A stretch of DNA of 64,000 bases from Chiloscyllium plagiosum (lineage: Eukaryota). Location: NCBI RefSeq assembly GCF_004010195.1, contig NC_057720.1, forward strand, positions 11,087,181-11,151,180, in the 5' to 3' direction. The notes below the pieces were generated by a model. The model was given only the letters and a program-made list of their open reading frames with translations, was not told the origin of the DNA and searched no databases. Of the stretch, positions 24,859 through 37,583 are shown in pieces. How positions within the stretch are numbered: position 1 is the first letter of the stretch; every line of letters starts with the position of its first letter. The translations under genes and the position numbers were made by a program.

Positions 24859-25359
24859 CCACAACACAGCACTACTGTAGTTGTCAAAAAACTTAAGATT
24901 GATAAGGCCCTTGATCAATCCCGCATCCAATATGGAGGTCGGGAGAGTCAGGCAGTGGCAGAGAGACTCATGAGGAGAGTGGTGTGGAGTACAGAATAGA
25001 ATCGAACAGCCTGTTTCTGTACTGAAAATACAAAGACTAAGGGGTTCAAAAGCTACTCCAGTGCTTTAAGTAGCATTCTAGACAGACCCCTGTTCAAGGG
25101 AGCACAGAAGTCTGTGGTGTTGTCTTTCCAAGGAAACACTGAGCCAAAGTCTGTCTTCCCTCTCAGTTTGACACAACTGATTGCACGGCATTAGTTGAGC
25201 AAGACAAAGGGAGTTGAAGGCAGTACAGAAAAAAAAGCGAAGTATTGCAGGTGCTGGAGATATAAAATACAAACAGAAAGTGCTGGGGAAGCGCAGCAGC
25301 ATCTGTGGAAGAAGAAACACAGTAAAAGTTTCACATTAAATACCCCAAAATCACAGAAT

Positions 25360-25669
25360 GGGCAGCACAGTGGCACAATGGTTAGCACTGCTGCCTCACA
25401 ACGCCAGAGACTCGGGTTCAATTCCTACCTCGGGCAACTGTCTGTGTGGAGTTTGCACATTCTCCCCGTGTCTGTGTGGGTTTCCTCCGGTTTCCTCCCA
25501 CAGTCCAAAGCTGTGCAGGTCAGGTGAATTGGCCAAGTTAAATTGCCTGAGTGTTAGGTGAAGGGGTAAATGTAGGGGAATGGATCTGGGTGGATTGCTC
25601 TTCGGAGGGTTGGTGTGGACTTGTTGGGCCGAAGGGCCTGTTTCCACACTGTAAGTAATCTAGTCTAAT
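25360..25669 (+). mobile_element. HE1-type SINE (shorter subfamily, (TAATC)n tail)
   Basis: A and B boxes, HE1 core. Confidence 0.9.
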
Positions 25670-25939
25670 TGTTATGATGTTGAAGGAGGCCATTCATTAA
25701 ATGAGCATCATGACCTCATGCCAACCTCCTGCTTTTTATTTTTTATCCAACATCCTCTTGGATGCTTCCATTGAACCTGCCTCCTCCACCTCATTTCCAG
25801 GCAGTGCATTCCAAGCCATAACCATTCGCCAAGTGCAAAACACTCTCCTCGCTACATCCTTTCACTCAAGATCAAATGGCTCTTCTTTAGAACCTGATTT
25901 GAGTTACCTGCTTTCCTGGTCAATGTTCTGACTTCTACA

Positions 25940-26115
25940 AGTATCACTAAAAAGCAATGGCATGGTCATTATCTCATCAATATTTGTGAAACATTCCTAT
26001 GTGTAAATTGGTTGTTACGTTTCCTACAATACAGCAATGACTGCAGATTAGAGGTAAGTCACTGGCTGTAATGTCACGGGGTGACCTGAGATTTTTGATG
26101 GAAATCCAAGTCTTT
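25940..26115 (+). mobile_element. Deu-domain SINE 3' remnant
   Basis: TGGTCATTATCTCAT...AAATTGG..GTTTCCTACAATACAGCAATGACT. Confidence 0.55.
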
Positions 26116-26269
26116 CATCCTTTCAGTGCTACATTTCCGAATTCTGAGAGGAACTTTAGAGCAGGTGTTAATATATTGTACAGGAGCTAGGGAAGTCTAC
26201 AAGAGCGGGAATCGTGGCAAATGGGTAGACTTAACTGGTTGGAATCCACAGTGTCACTTTTGTTTTTTT

Positions 26270-26603
26270 TAATTCATTCACAGGAGGTGGGCATCACTGG
26301 CCAGGCCAGGATTTAGTGCCCATCTCTAATTGCTCAGAGGGAAGTTAAGCATGAACCACATTGTTGTGGGTCTGGAGTCACATGTAGGCCAGAGCAGGTA
26401 AGCATGGCAGTTTCATTCCCAGAAGGTTTTCTCCTGACAATTGGCAATGGTTTCATGGTCATCATTGGACTTTAATTCTAGATTTTTGTTGAATTCACAC
26501 TCCACCATCTGCCCTGGTGGGATTTGAATCCAGGTCCCCAGAACATTACCTGGGTCTCTGGATTAATGGTCCAGTGATTAAACCCCCAGACCATTGCCTC
26601 CCC
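26270..26603 (-). mobile_element. tRNA-derived SINE sharing its 3' tail with the 10155-type LINE (other copies ~31905-32225 + and ~53515-54320 -)
   Basis: Reverse complement has B box GGATTCAAATCC, core GGCCTACATGTGACTCCAGACCCACA, tail GATGCCCAC.TCC.GTGAATGAAT. Confidence 0.75.
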
Positions 26604-27319
26604 ACTTTCTGATGGTGGGTTCAAATCTAGAGATTGATCTAAGGTATGTTTTTGGTCAAATGGGCTGCCCAACATCCCATGGTGGGTGCCCTCTTGTGGT
26701 GCATTATAATCCATGCCTACTCATTCAATTAAAACGTTTTGTAATTGCGTCCTGACTTCAAGCTTTATTCAGTGGTGCATGAGAGTCTCATCATACTTAA
26801 TCCCGACAGAATCATCGGAGTTTGGCTGGATTCAGCTGAAATATGCCTATCTGTGTCAAAGAAAGTAAGGTTTAGAAGACCCTTGATCAATCCCTCATCC
26901 AATATGGTGGTGGGCAGTAACTGACGGTGGAAGGGAGACTCATGAGGAGAATAGATCAGCTAGGCCGAATGGTCTGTTTCTGAGCTGAAAATACTGATCA
27001 TTCTATTGGAACGCATTATAAATCAAGGCCCCATCTTTCACTGTGTGTAGTGATAATGTAAGCATGCTGGAAAAGGGCAAATTTAATGGAATGTGAGACA
27101 ATGAGCATTGTATGTCTGTGCCTTTCTTTGTTGAACGCTGCTTGACTCCATGACTCTATGACACTAAGGAAGGGAGCAAGAAAGTGGCAGCTTCAGAAGA
27201 GTTCCCACCCATTTTGTGGTGGCGTGGGATGAGGTGACGAGGTTGGACTAGAAACATGGGGTAGTTGGGGAAGAGGAATCCACAGGCTGACAAACAGTAG
27301 CATCAAAGGCATAGAGGAG

Positions 27320-28600
27320 TGAAACAAAAAAAAAGAAATTGTTGGAGAAACTCAACAGCTCTGGCAGCGTCTGTGGGGAGAAGGCAGAGGTAACGTCTCT
27401 AGTTCAGAGACTCTTCATCAGAGCTGTTAGTATCTAGGAACAAATGGTATTTCTGCTGAAGTTGAAGTGGGTGAGAGGGATGAGCAGGTAAGTGGAGACA
27501 GAGCCCAGAGAGAAAGAGAAATGAAAGGAGTAGATAAACAAGGAGATGAGATAAGGAAATCAAGGATTACAGGGAGAAGGCAGGAGAATGGAGATGAGAA
27601 ACATATCAGCCATGATGGAATGATAGAGCAGACTCAATGGGCCAAATGGCCTAATTCTGCTCTTAAGTCTTGTGGTCTTATAGTGGATAGCAGGCTTGGA
27701 TGGAAGAAAAGTTGAATAAGAGATAATAAATACTAATAGGAGGAGAGAATGGGTTACCTATGCTAAATATAACCCATATCAGATGGCCCTGGGGATGGTG
27801 GAAATGAATCACTGTGCTAAAACCAACTCATGTCATAACAGGAAACCGTGTGGGGTCAGTAAAGAGCATGGCAGGATGGAATCGGGCTCCACAGTTATAG
27901 AACTCAATGTTGAGTCCTAGAAGCTGCAAGATCCCCCAGTTGAATATATGATGTTGTTCTTTCAGCTCACGCTGAGGCTTGCTGGAGCACTGCAGCGGGC
28001 CTGAACTAGAAATGTTGGCATGGGAACACTGTCGAAGTGGCAGGAAACAGATATTCTGCAAAGCAGTCACCCAGTCTGCGTTCCATCTTCCCCATGTAGA
28101 GAAAACCACACTGTGAGCAGCGAATATAGTCAACTAGATTGAGTGAAGTGCAGTTAAATCGCTGCTTCACCAGGATGGTATGTCTGGGGCCATGGGTACT
28201 GAGGAGGGAGGAGGTAAATAGGCATGTGTTACACTTTCTGTGATTGCATGGAAATGTGAGGAGATATTGGGTATGGAGGAGGAGTGGATCAGAGTATACT
28301 GGAGGGAATGGCCCGTGTGGAATGCTGACGAGGGAGAGGAGGCCAACATGTGTCTGATTGTGGCATCCTGCTAGAGATGACGGAAATGGGGATATGGAAG
28401 CTGGTGAGATGGTAAGTTAAGACCAGAGGGACCTGTCACCATGGTAGGAGGAAAGGAAAGGGGTGAGGGCACGGTGCAGGAGATGGGTCAGATGTGACGA
28501 AGGGGCCTGTCAACCATGAGGGTGGGAAATCCAGGGAAGGGGCTGGCACACTGGCTGTGGTGAGGCTGGTGTGGATGGTAAGTAGAAGATAACAATATTA
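27320..28600 (-). mobile_element. Degenerate PLE (family C parent): RT C-terminal and endonuclease remnants plus pLTR; CR1 tail inserted at ~27560-27680
   Basis: FHTGHSLQYTLIHSS and QRELKEQHHIFNWGILQLLGLNIEF remnants; decayed HHR CTGATGAAGAGTC..GAACT.GAGACGTT at ~27392-27421. Confidence 0.75.
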
Positions 28601-28671
28601 AGCATCTAATGGGGGGTGTCATGCTGTCTATTTAGGACGAGTGGATCAGTCTTAAGGTATTCACTGACAGA

Positions 28672-29071
28672 GTCATGGATTCATAGAATCTCTCCAGTGA
28701 GGAAACAGGCCAATTGGCTCAACCTTTCCTGATTCCTAATGAAGAGCTTATGCTCGAAACATCAACTCTCCTGCTCCTCGGATGCTGCCTGACCGGCTAT
28801 GCTTTTCCAGCACCACACTCTCGACTCTTGATCTCCAGCATCTGCAGTCCTCACTTTCTCCCATTTGGCCCAACAAAGTCCACACCGACCGTCCGAAGAG
28901 CAATCCACCCAGACCCATTCCCCTACCCTATTACTTTTACACTTCCCCTGACTCATACACCTAACCTACATATCCCTGAACACTCTGGGCAATTTAGCAT
29001 GGTCAGTTCATTCAACCTGTACATCTTTGGACTGTGGGTGGAAAGCGGAGCACCTGGAGGAAACCCACACA
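28672..29071 (-). mobile_element. HE1-type SINE (5'-truncated) with a PLE insert
   Basis: HE1 tail and core flanking the insert. Confidence 0.85.
28724..28860 (+). mobile_element. PLE family B monomer
   Basis: CTAATGAAGAGCTTATGCTCGAAACATC; TSD CCAATTGGCTCAAC / CCATTTGGCCCAAC. Confidence 0.88.
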
Positions 29072-29683
29072 AGTCCATACAAGACTTTTAGTCCACCTCC
29101 TATAGTTCAGTTATCTCCACTGGAAGTGACCTTGGACACTGTCATTTTTAATGCACTAAAGGGCGCAGAATGTGCAAGTTTGACCTTGTCTGACGAAGTT
29201 GTGTATAACACAATTGAGTCAGAAACTCTTGTAACATTTAGGCTGTAGTTAGATATTCACTAGATAATGAATTAAAAGTTGCTGCACTGCATTAAACTCC
29301 AGGGCTATGGGTCAAGAGCTAGAAAATGGGGTTAGTGTACGAGCAACGTGAAACGTACATTCCTTGACAGAATGGGCTGAAAGGCCTTCCTCTGTGCATG
29401 TTAGGGTTATGCTGTCAGTGTCCATGAGCCTTTGGCTATTCAATAAAGAGTGAACAAAAAACACAACACTGTTTCTTCCACAATAGGGGAAGGCTGTCTA
29501 ACTCGTCTGTGACGATCAAATACCATGAGATGTGTGGATATTTAACTCTCTAAATAAACTCATCTCAATGAATAACAATGACGCACAGATGAATAAAGTG
29601 AAAACAGTACATTATGAAATATTTAAAGTGAAAATTAAATTATTAAAAAAACACTGTGCTACCATTGTGTCTTATGTTAAAGA

Positions 29684-29800
29684 TGTGGAGATGCTGATGT
29701 TGGACTGGGATGGACAAAGTCAGAAGTCACATGACACCAGGTTATAGTCCAACAGGTTTATTTAAAATTGCAAGCTTTTGGAGCGCTGCCTCTTCAAGTG
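29684..29800 (-). mobile_element. Older PLE family A 3' end with tail
   Basis: GTGGAGATGCTGATGTTGGACTGGG...CCAGGTTATAGTCCAACAGGTTTATTT. Confidence 0.82.
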
Positions 29801-30744
29801 ACTTTGCCTAACTTCTGTGTAACTTCTGTGTGATGTTAATTGCAGTGGAGTTGACAGGGAAGTTGTGTCTGTGATGTGGAGCCTCCCTATTTGAACAGGA
29901 AGTTCTTCCAAAGGCTGCAGCATTGTCAACTGATGGTGGGTATTGCCAAAGAGACGTTGCCTCTGCCATGTGTTTCCCATGCATGTTGCTAGTACAGTTT
30001 TGAGTCGCTCAGGAACTGGAAAAAGGTAGGCGTGACTCTCACTTGTAGTTCTACCATCTGATGTGCCGTTGTTAAAGACCCCCTACGTGCCTAACCAGCC
30101 CGCCCTACCCCGAAGCAAAGTACTCTGACTATCAGGAGGAGCACAACCCGTGTTGGTGCTTTACACACAGGCTGCATTGGGCTCGATACTGTAGGCCTCA
30201 CCATCTGGATTGGATTTAGTCCAAAACAATTTAGCAATTTGCTTAATTAGAAACAAAGCCTTCAGCTAAATGATGTTATCATTTCTTCACAAACAGAGGA
30301 AACCCTGGGAGGAGAACAAGGATCTTAAGCTGATGGATTTGAAAGTGGCTTGAAGTTGCATTTATACAGTTAGCAAGTGGCTCAAGACTTCTCTTTCCTT
30401 TTGTCTGCCTGTATTCCTCTATCAGCCCTGATCTTCCGGCTAATCCTGAGACCACTGGAACCATGACAGGGAAGTGACTGAATGGTGGTTAAATCAGTCT
30501 CAGTCCCAACAGAAAGCAGAAGCTCCATTCATGGTTAATCTCATTTTGATTGTATTCTGTTTCCATTGTTACTGGTTAAAATGAGTAACAATGATGTCTG
30601 GAGTGTGATACCTGCTATTGTTGCATCAGCAAGAACTGCTGACTTCACAAACACCACTGGTTAGATAGGAGAGTCAGAGGCCAGACCAGAACTACTCCAC
30701 TTCCGAAAGGGTCATGGGATCCTTCTGATCCTGGGATGGCAGGA

Positions 30745-31187
30745 CAGGTGTGTGAAGAGAGATTGTGTTGGTCAGCACTACATTCACTGGAGCTTAAAAG
30801 AGTGAGGAGGAGAAGGGGGTTGGATTTCATAGAAGCCCATAAAATTCTAACAGGATGAGAGATGGTAGACAGCCCCAATGAGCAGGGTCTCCAGAACAAG
30901 TGATCACAGTTGAAGGACATTGGGGAGGCCATCTTGGACTGAGAAGAGGAGAAATGTCTTCCCCCAGAAAGTGGAATTCTCTACCACAGAAAGTGGTTGA
31001 GGCCATACCATTGAATGTTTTCAAGTCAGAGTTTGATATAGTTCTTAGGGCTAATGGGATTCACAAGGTATGAGGAGAAAGTGACAACTGGGGACTGAGT
31101 TGGATGATCAGCCATGATTGTATTGAATAGCAGAACAGGCTCAAAGGGCTGAATGGCCTATACCTGCTCCTACTTTCAATATTTCTA
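30745..31187 (+). mobile_element. CR1 LINE 3' fragment
   Basis: Degenerate ORF2 end (WNSLPQK) and 3' UTR. Confidence 0.75.
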
Positions 31188-32231
31188 TCCAACTCATTCC
31201 AACAGGATCCACTCTAACACGTGTCTTATCCAAACCAAATGTAGTCCAGTGCTCCGTCTGCACGGCACTGTCCCATCGTGGTCCAGAGTACTCACTCCAA
31301 TCCTGCAGTGTCCCTTGAACCCTCAAACTCCTGATCTACAGGAAGCTGACCTCAATGGTGAATAAAAATGTTGCACTTTCAAAACAAACTCTGTAAATAT
31401 TTGACGGCATCAAATGCATGACAGGGTCAGCCATGGCTCAGCGGCAGCATTTCAGCTCAACATGAGCAGCTTGTCAGTATAAGGGGAACTGTCTGAGCCT
31501 TTCTCATCTCTCGACATAACTGAGTTAGTGATGCCCTTCAGATACTTCGACTGTCCTTCATGTTAAGTTTAAATAGGCCTTGCAACCTACTCAGCTGTCT
31601 CCATTTCTCACCATTCTAATAGATGCTCCACAGCACAGCTTATTGTCAATAATAGACTGAGTTACTCTTTTGTATTTACATGGTGAAAGCGAAGTTTAGA
31701 AAGAGACCTGTATTCAATAGGTGAAGCACTTTCAGGTGTTTCGACATGATAAGGCTCCATATAACAACTGCGAGGGACTTTTTTCTGAAATTAAATTATT
31801 ATCAGATAATCCTCTTGGCTGACATTCACTGCTTTCAAGTTGCAGGAATGCACAGCGAATTGGCAAAATCTTGAAGACAGACATTCGGAGTCAGGTCAGG
31901 GCAGGCAGCTGGATAGTTTTAATGTCACTAGCCTAGTAACCCACAGCCCCAGGCTGATGACCTGGGGACATGGGTTTGAACCTCACTATTGGAATTTCAT
32001 TAAGTATCTGGAATTAGCCTAATGGTGACCCTGCAGCCATTGATGATGGTTGCTAAAACCTTTCTGTCTCACCAATGCCGTTTAGGGAAGGAAATCGGAC
32101 ATCCTTGTAACCTGGACTCACGGTGATATGATCGACCCATTACTGCCTTTTGAAATGGCCTAAAGAGTCATTGTGTTCAATGACAGCAGGTGTTGACCTT
32201 GTCAGCTATGCCCACTTCCCATGCAATACTC

Positions 32232-32352
32232 AGGTGGCTCAGTGGTTAGCACTGCTGCCTCACAGCGCTAGGGACCCAGGTTCAATTCCACCATCGGGTG
32301 ACTGTATGTGTGGAGTTTATACAGTCTGCCTGTGTCTGTTCCCTCCCATAGT
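32232..32352 (+). mobile_element. HE1 SINE 5' fragment
   Basis: GTGGCTCAGTGGTTAGCACTGCTGCCTCACAGC. Confidence 0.8.
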
Positions 32353-32409
32353 TAAAAGGTGGGGGTACAATTACCCCAATGGTTAAAGGACATTTGGATA
32401 GATACATTA

Positions 32410-32952
32410 ATAGAACATAGAAGAATACAGCGCAGTACAGGCCCTTCGGCCCTCGATGTTGCGCTGATCCAAGCCCACCTAACCTACACTAGCCCACTAT
32501 CCTCCATATGCCTCTCCAATGCCTGCTTAAATGCCCATAATGAGGGAGAGTCCACCACTGCTACTGGCAGGGCATTCCATGAACTCACGACTCGCTGAGT
32601 AAAGAACCTACCCCTAACATCTGTCCTATACCTACCCCACCTTAATTTAAAGCTATGCCCCCTTGTAATAGCTGACTCCATACGTGGAAAAAGATTCTCA
32701 CTGTCGACCCTATCTAAACCCCTAATCATCTTATACACCTCTATCAAGTCACCCCTAAACCTTCTTTTCTCCAATGAAAACAACCCCAAGTGCCTCAGCC
32801 TTTCCTCATACGATCTTTCTACCATACCAGGCAACATCCTGGTAAACCTCCTCTGCACCCGTTCCAGTGCCTCCACATCCTTCCTATAGTATGGCGACCA
32901 AAACTGCACACAATATTCCAGATGCGGCCGCACCAGAGTCTTATACAACTGC
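32410..32952 (-). mobile_element. Young CR1 LINE 3' fragment with an open frame
   Basis: Uninterrupted 156-aa QLYKTLVRPHLEYCVQFWSP...FFTQRVVSSWNALP. Confidence 0.95.
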
Positions 32953-33272
32953 AAAATATAGGAAAGGTTTGGAGGGATATGGAGTAGGCAGGTGGGACTC
33001 GTTCAGTTTGGGATTATGTTCAGCATGAGCTGGTTGGACCGAAGGGTCTGTTTCCATGCTGTATGACTCTGTGTGCAGGTTAGGTAGATTGGCCATCCTA
33101 AATTGCCCATGAGAAATGCAGGGTTATAGGATAAGATAGAGGGGTGGGTCGGGATGGATGCTTTCTGGAGGATCCGTATGGACTCAAGTTGAATGGCCTG
33201 CTGCCCTATTGTAGGGATTCTATGAATTTTAAAAAGTTGTGTTTCAGATGGTCTGATGAACTACACTTTAAT

Positions 33273-33685
33273 CAGAAATAAGAAGGGCTTATGCCCGAAA
33301 CGTCGATTCTCCTGCTCTTTGGATGCTGCCTGACCTGCTGCGCCTTTCCAGCAACACATTTTCAGCTCAGGACCCTTACCAACTTCTACAGATGCACCAT
33401 TGGAAGCATACTCTCCGGGTGCCTATTGGCCTGGTATGGCAACTGCTCTGTTCAGGACGATAAGAAACTACAGATGGCGGTGTGCACAGCCCAGACCATC
33501 ATGGAAGCCAACCTTCCATCCATGGACTCCATTTATACTGCTCGCTGTCGCGGAAAGGCTGCCAACATCATCAAAGACCCCGCCCAACCGGTAATGCTCT
33601 CCGACAACCTTTTCTGTAAGGCAGAAGATACAGGAGCCTGAACACATACACCAGTAGGTTCAAGAACAGCTTCTTCCTGCCCGTT
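33273..33685 (+). repeat. Inverted local copy of 34272-~34680 (PLE arm + Rex1 flank)
   Basis: Near-identical ORF translations on opposite strands; flanked by TTTAATCAG at 33267-33275 and 33684-33692. Confidence 0.92.
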
Positions 33686-34054
33686 TAATCAGGAACACTG
33701 CTGGGATGTTAGAATTTGCTTTGGATGTTTAATTGTCTGGTTTTGGATTATGGTAGAACTCAAGAACAAGAAAGGATCACTATGATGGGTTTGGACAATA
33801 GGCCTCCCAATAGCCAGCAGGGGATAGAGACATGTAGGCAGATCATGAAAAGGGTTGTTGCAGTGAGTGATTTTAACTTCTCCAACATTGACTGACAGTC
33901 TCTTAGTGCCAGGGGCACTCAAGGACAAAGAAAAGGGAATTTATGCATGGTGCCAAAGGAAGTGGGTAAGGTTCTTAATGAGTATGTCACATTGGTATTC
34001 ACCAAGGAGAAGGGCATGGATGACGGTAAGATTAGGGAAGGGTATGTTGATGTT

Positions 34055-34915
34055 TGATTGATTAATTGATTTATTGTCACGTGTACTGAAGTACAGTGAA
34101 AAGCTTTTGTTTACGAGCAGTACAGGCAGATCAAAGTAAGCAAGGGCATACAGATTAAAAAGACTTAGACAGAGGCATATAGGTTACATTGCACAGGGCT
34201 GTGCCGGATGAGATTAATGTGAGTAAGCTCAGCATTATTTGAAGTTAAGAGAGTCCATTCGTCAGCCTAATAACGGGCAGGAAGAAGCTGTTCTTGAACC
34301 TACTGGTGTATGTGTTCAGGCTCCTGTATCTTCTGCCTTACAGAAAAGGTTGTCGGAGAGCATTACCGGTTGGGCGGGGTCTTTGATGATGTTGGCAGCC
34401 TTTCCGCGACAGCGAGCAGTATAAATGGAGTCCATGGATGGAAGGTTGGCTTCCATGATGGTCTGGGCTGTGCACACCGCCATCTGTAGTTTCTTATCGT
34501 CCTGAACAGAGCAGTTGCCATGCCAGGCCAATAGGCACCCGGAGAGTATGCTTCCAATGGTGCATCTGTAGAAGTTGGTGAGGGTCCTGAGCTGAAAATG
34601 TGTTGCTGGAAAGGCGCAGCAGGTCAGGCAGCATCCAAGGAGCAGGAGAATCGACGTTTTGGGCATAACCCCTTCTTCAGAAATAAGAAGGGCTTATGCC
34701 CGAAACGTCGATTCTCCTGCTCCTTGGATGCTGCCTGACCTGCTGCGCTTTTCCAGCAACACATTTACAGCTCTGATCTCCAGCATCTGCAGTCCTCACT
34801 TTCTCCTCGAGGGTCCTGAGCTGCCTGAGGAAGAAGAGGCGTTGATGTGCCTTCTTGACCGTTGCATCCATGTGGGAAGCTTAGGACAGGTTGTTGCTTA
34901 TCATCACTCTCGAGC
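34055..34915 (-). mobile_element. Rex1/Babar-like LINE 3' fragment
   Basis: DATVKKAHQRLFFLRQLR, RTLTNFYRCTIGSILSGC; (TCAA)n tail. Confidence 0.88.
34595..34808 (+). mobile_element. PLE family B palindromic mini-element
   Basis: Inverted arms around ~34680, tail on the right; direct repeat GAGGGTCCTGAGCTG at 34580-34594 and 34809-34823. Confidence 0.92.
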
Positions 34916-35811
34916 ATGTTGATGTTAAGAAAGAGGAGGTGGTGGGTATATTGTAAAGCATTAAGGTAGAAACAGAAAGATGAGAGGTGATTTCAGAGAG
35001 GTGTACAAGATGATGAGAGGCATAGATAGAGTGAATAGGCAGAGACATTTTCTTAGGGCAGAAAAGTCTATCACAAGGGGGCATAATTTTAAGGTGATTG
35101 GAGGAAGGTTTAGGGGAGATGTCAGAGGTAGGTTCTTTACACAACGGGTGGTGGGTGTGTGGAATGCACTGCCAGCCATGGTAGTAGAGTCAGATACATT
35201 AGGGACATTTAAGCAACTCCTGGATAGGCACTTGGATGATTGTAAATTGTAGGATATGTATGTTAGTTTGTTCTTAGAGCAGGATGAAAGGTCAGCACAA
35301 CATTGAGGGCCGTAGAGTCTGTACTGTACTATTCAATGTTCTATACATCCCTGGGGCCTGGTTGGATCTATCCTAGGATGATGAAAGAGAGAAGAGATGA
35401 GATTGCTGGGGCCTTGACAAAAATATTTGTGTTTTCTTTTGCCACAGATGAGGACCCAGAAACTGGAGAATAGCTAATGTTCCTTTGTTCAAGAAGGACA
35501 ACAGGGGTAATTAAGAAAATTGTAGGCCAGTGAGCCTCACCTCAGTGATATGGAAATTCTTGGAAAGAATGGTTAAGCACAGGATTTACTCGCATTTGTA
35601 AAATAATGGTCATATTAGGGATAATCAGCATGGCTTTGTGCAGGGGAGGTCTTGTCTCAAATTTGGTTGAGGTTTTTTGAGGAAGTGATGAAGGTGATTG
35701 ATGAGGGTACAGCAGTGTATGTTATCTATGTACACTTTACTAAAGCATTTGACAAGTTCTGTCATGGTCGGCTGGTCCAATAGATTAAGTCAAATGGAAT
35801 CTGATGTGAGT

Positions 35812-35920
35812 AGATGCAGAGCTGGAAAAGCACAGAACATCAGACAGCATCCGAGGAGCAGGAAAGTCAAAGATCTGGGCCAAAAATCTTTCCCAGCATC
35901 TGCAGTTCTTACTGTCTCCC
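35812..35920. mobile_element. Collapsed PLE family B inverted remnant
   Basis: GCTGGAAAAGCACAG...ATCCGAGGAGCAGG then CCAGCATCTGCAGTTCTTACT. Confidence 0.7.
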
Positions 35921-35974
35921 TGTATTCAACATGTCATATCACTTGCCCTTCACTCCTCCCTCGAACATCTTGCA

Positions 35975-37100
35975 CCAAGAACAGCTACGTAAGAATCCTA
36001 CTCATTGACTACAGTTCAGCCTTCAACACTATTATCACCTTGAAATTGATTATTAAACTTAATGATCTCAGACTAAGCCTCACTCTCTGCAACTAGATCC
36101 TCAGTTTCCTGACCCACAGCCCACAATCAGTGAAGATTGGGGACAATATTTCATCCTAACTAACACTCAACACTGGACCCCCCAGGGATGTGTACTCAGC
36201 CCCCTACTTTCCTCACTGTATACCCATGACTGCATCGCCAAATACCAGAACAATGCCATTTACAAGTTTCCCTGATGACACCACCATAGTCAGTCGAATC
36301 ACAGATGGCGACGAAACAAACTGAAGACAGGAGGTGGAAGACCTGGAAAAATGGTGCACTGAGAACAACCTAGCTCTCAATGCCAGCAAAACCAAGGAAC
36401 TCATTATTGACATTCGGCGGGATGTTACTCATGCCCCCCTACACATTAACAGCACAGAGGTAGAACAAGTGGAGAGTGTCCAGCTCCTGGGAGTGGTCAT
36501 CAACAACAAGCTTTCTTGGACTCTTCATGTAGACGCACTGGTTACAGAGGCCCAGCAACGTCTCTTCTTCCTCAGGCAGCTGAGGAAATTTGGCATGACA
36601 GTGAATACCCTTGCCAACTTTTATAGGTGTGCCCTCGAGAGCATTCTGTCTGGATGTATCACTATCTGGTATGACAACTGTATCATTCAAGATCGGAGAC
36701 AGTTACAGAGTGTGGTGAACTCGGCCCAGACAGTCACAAAGGCCAACCTCCAATCTATAGAAACCATCCACCAGGCACCTGTCAAGGAAAGGCTGCCAGC
36801 ATTCTCAAAGATCCATCCCACCCTTGCAATGTTTTTCTACAACCTCTACCATCAGGAAAAAGGTACAGAAGCCAGAACACATGCACCAGCAGATTTTCAA
36901 ACAGTTTCTACTTTACTGTTGTTAGAAATGGACTCACAAACTCTTAACATTTGCCTGTACCTGTGTTTTTTTGTTTTTGCCGCTATTTACCTATTCTTTA
37001 CTATCTATGCTATTTAACTCTGTGATCTGCCTGTATTGCTCGCAAGACAAAGCTTTTCACTGTGCCTCGGTACACGTGACAATAAATTCAATTTAATTCA
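35975..37100 (+). mobile_element. Rex1/Babar-like LINE, RT C-terminal half to 3' end (pseudogenised)
   Basis: YVRILLIDYSSAFNTI, PQGCVLSP, DDT, WCTENNLALNASKTKEL, AQQRLFFLRQLRKFG; ends CACGTGACAATAAATTCAA. Confidence 0.92.
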
Positions 37101-37583
37101 ATGAGTTGGTAAATTGGATTCCAGATTAGCTTGGTCATAGTAGACAGAGGTAGTTAAAAGGCTGTTTTTCTTACTGGGAGTCCGTGACCAGTGGTGTTCT
37201 GCAAGGATCAGTGCTGCAACCTCTGTTGTTAGTAATGTATATAAATGAGTTGGGTAAAAGTGATCTGATTAGTAAGTTTGCAGATGACACAAACATTATT
37301 GGAGTTGTGAATAATGAGGAAATTTATCAAAGGATACAGAAGGATATAGATCAGCTGGAAAGTTGAACAGAGAAATGGCAGATGGAGTTCAATCCAGACA
37401 AGAGCGAGGTGATGCATTTTGGGAGATCAAATGCAAGAGGCAAGTATACAGTAAATGGTAGGACCCTTCTGAGCATTGATATACAGAGGGATGTTGGGTG
37501 CAAGTCCATAGCTCCCTGAAAGTGGCAACACAAGTGGATAAGGTGATAAAGAATGCATGTGGCACGCTTGCCTTTATCAGTTG

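Larger units (their letters stand above)
33750..35345 (+). mobile_element. Fragmented CR1 LINE interrupted by the Rex1-like element
   Basis: EN remnant then RGDFREVYKMMRGIDRV...FFTQRVVGVWNALP and 3' UTR. Confidence 0.75.

Noticed and set aside
33291..34666. Two near-identical 116-aa ORFs suggesting a duplicated gene
   Set aside because: Chance fusion of a PLE terminus and a Rex1 fragment within the inverted duplication
36334..37017. 227-aa ORF as a host gene
   Set aside because: Rex1/Babar ORF2 C-terminus with upstream stops and frameshifts
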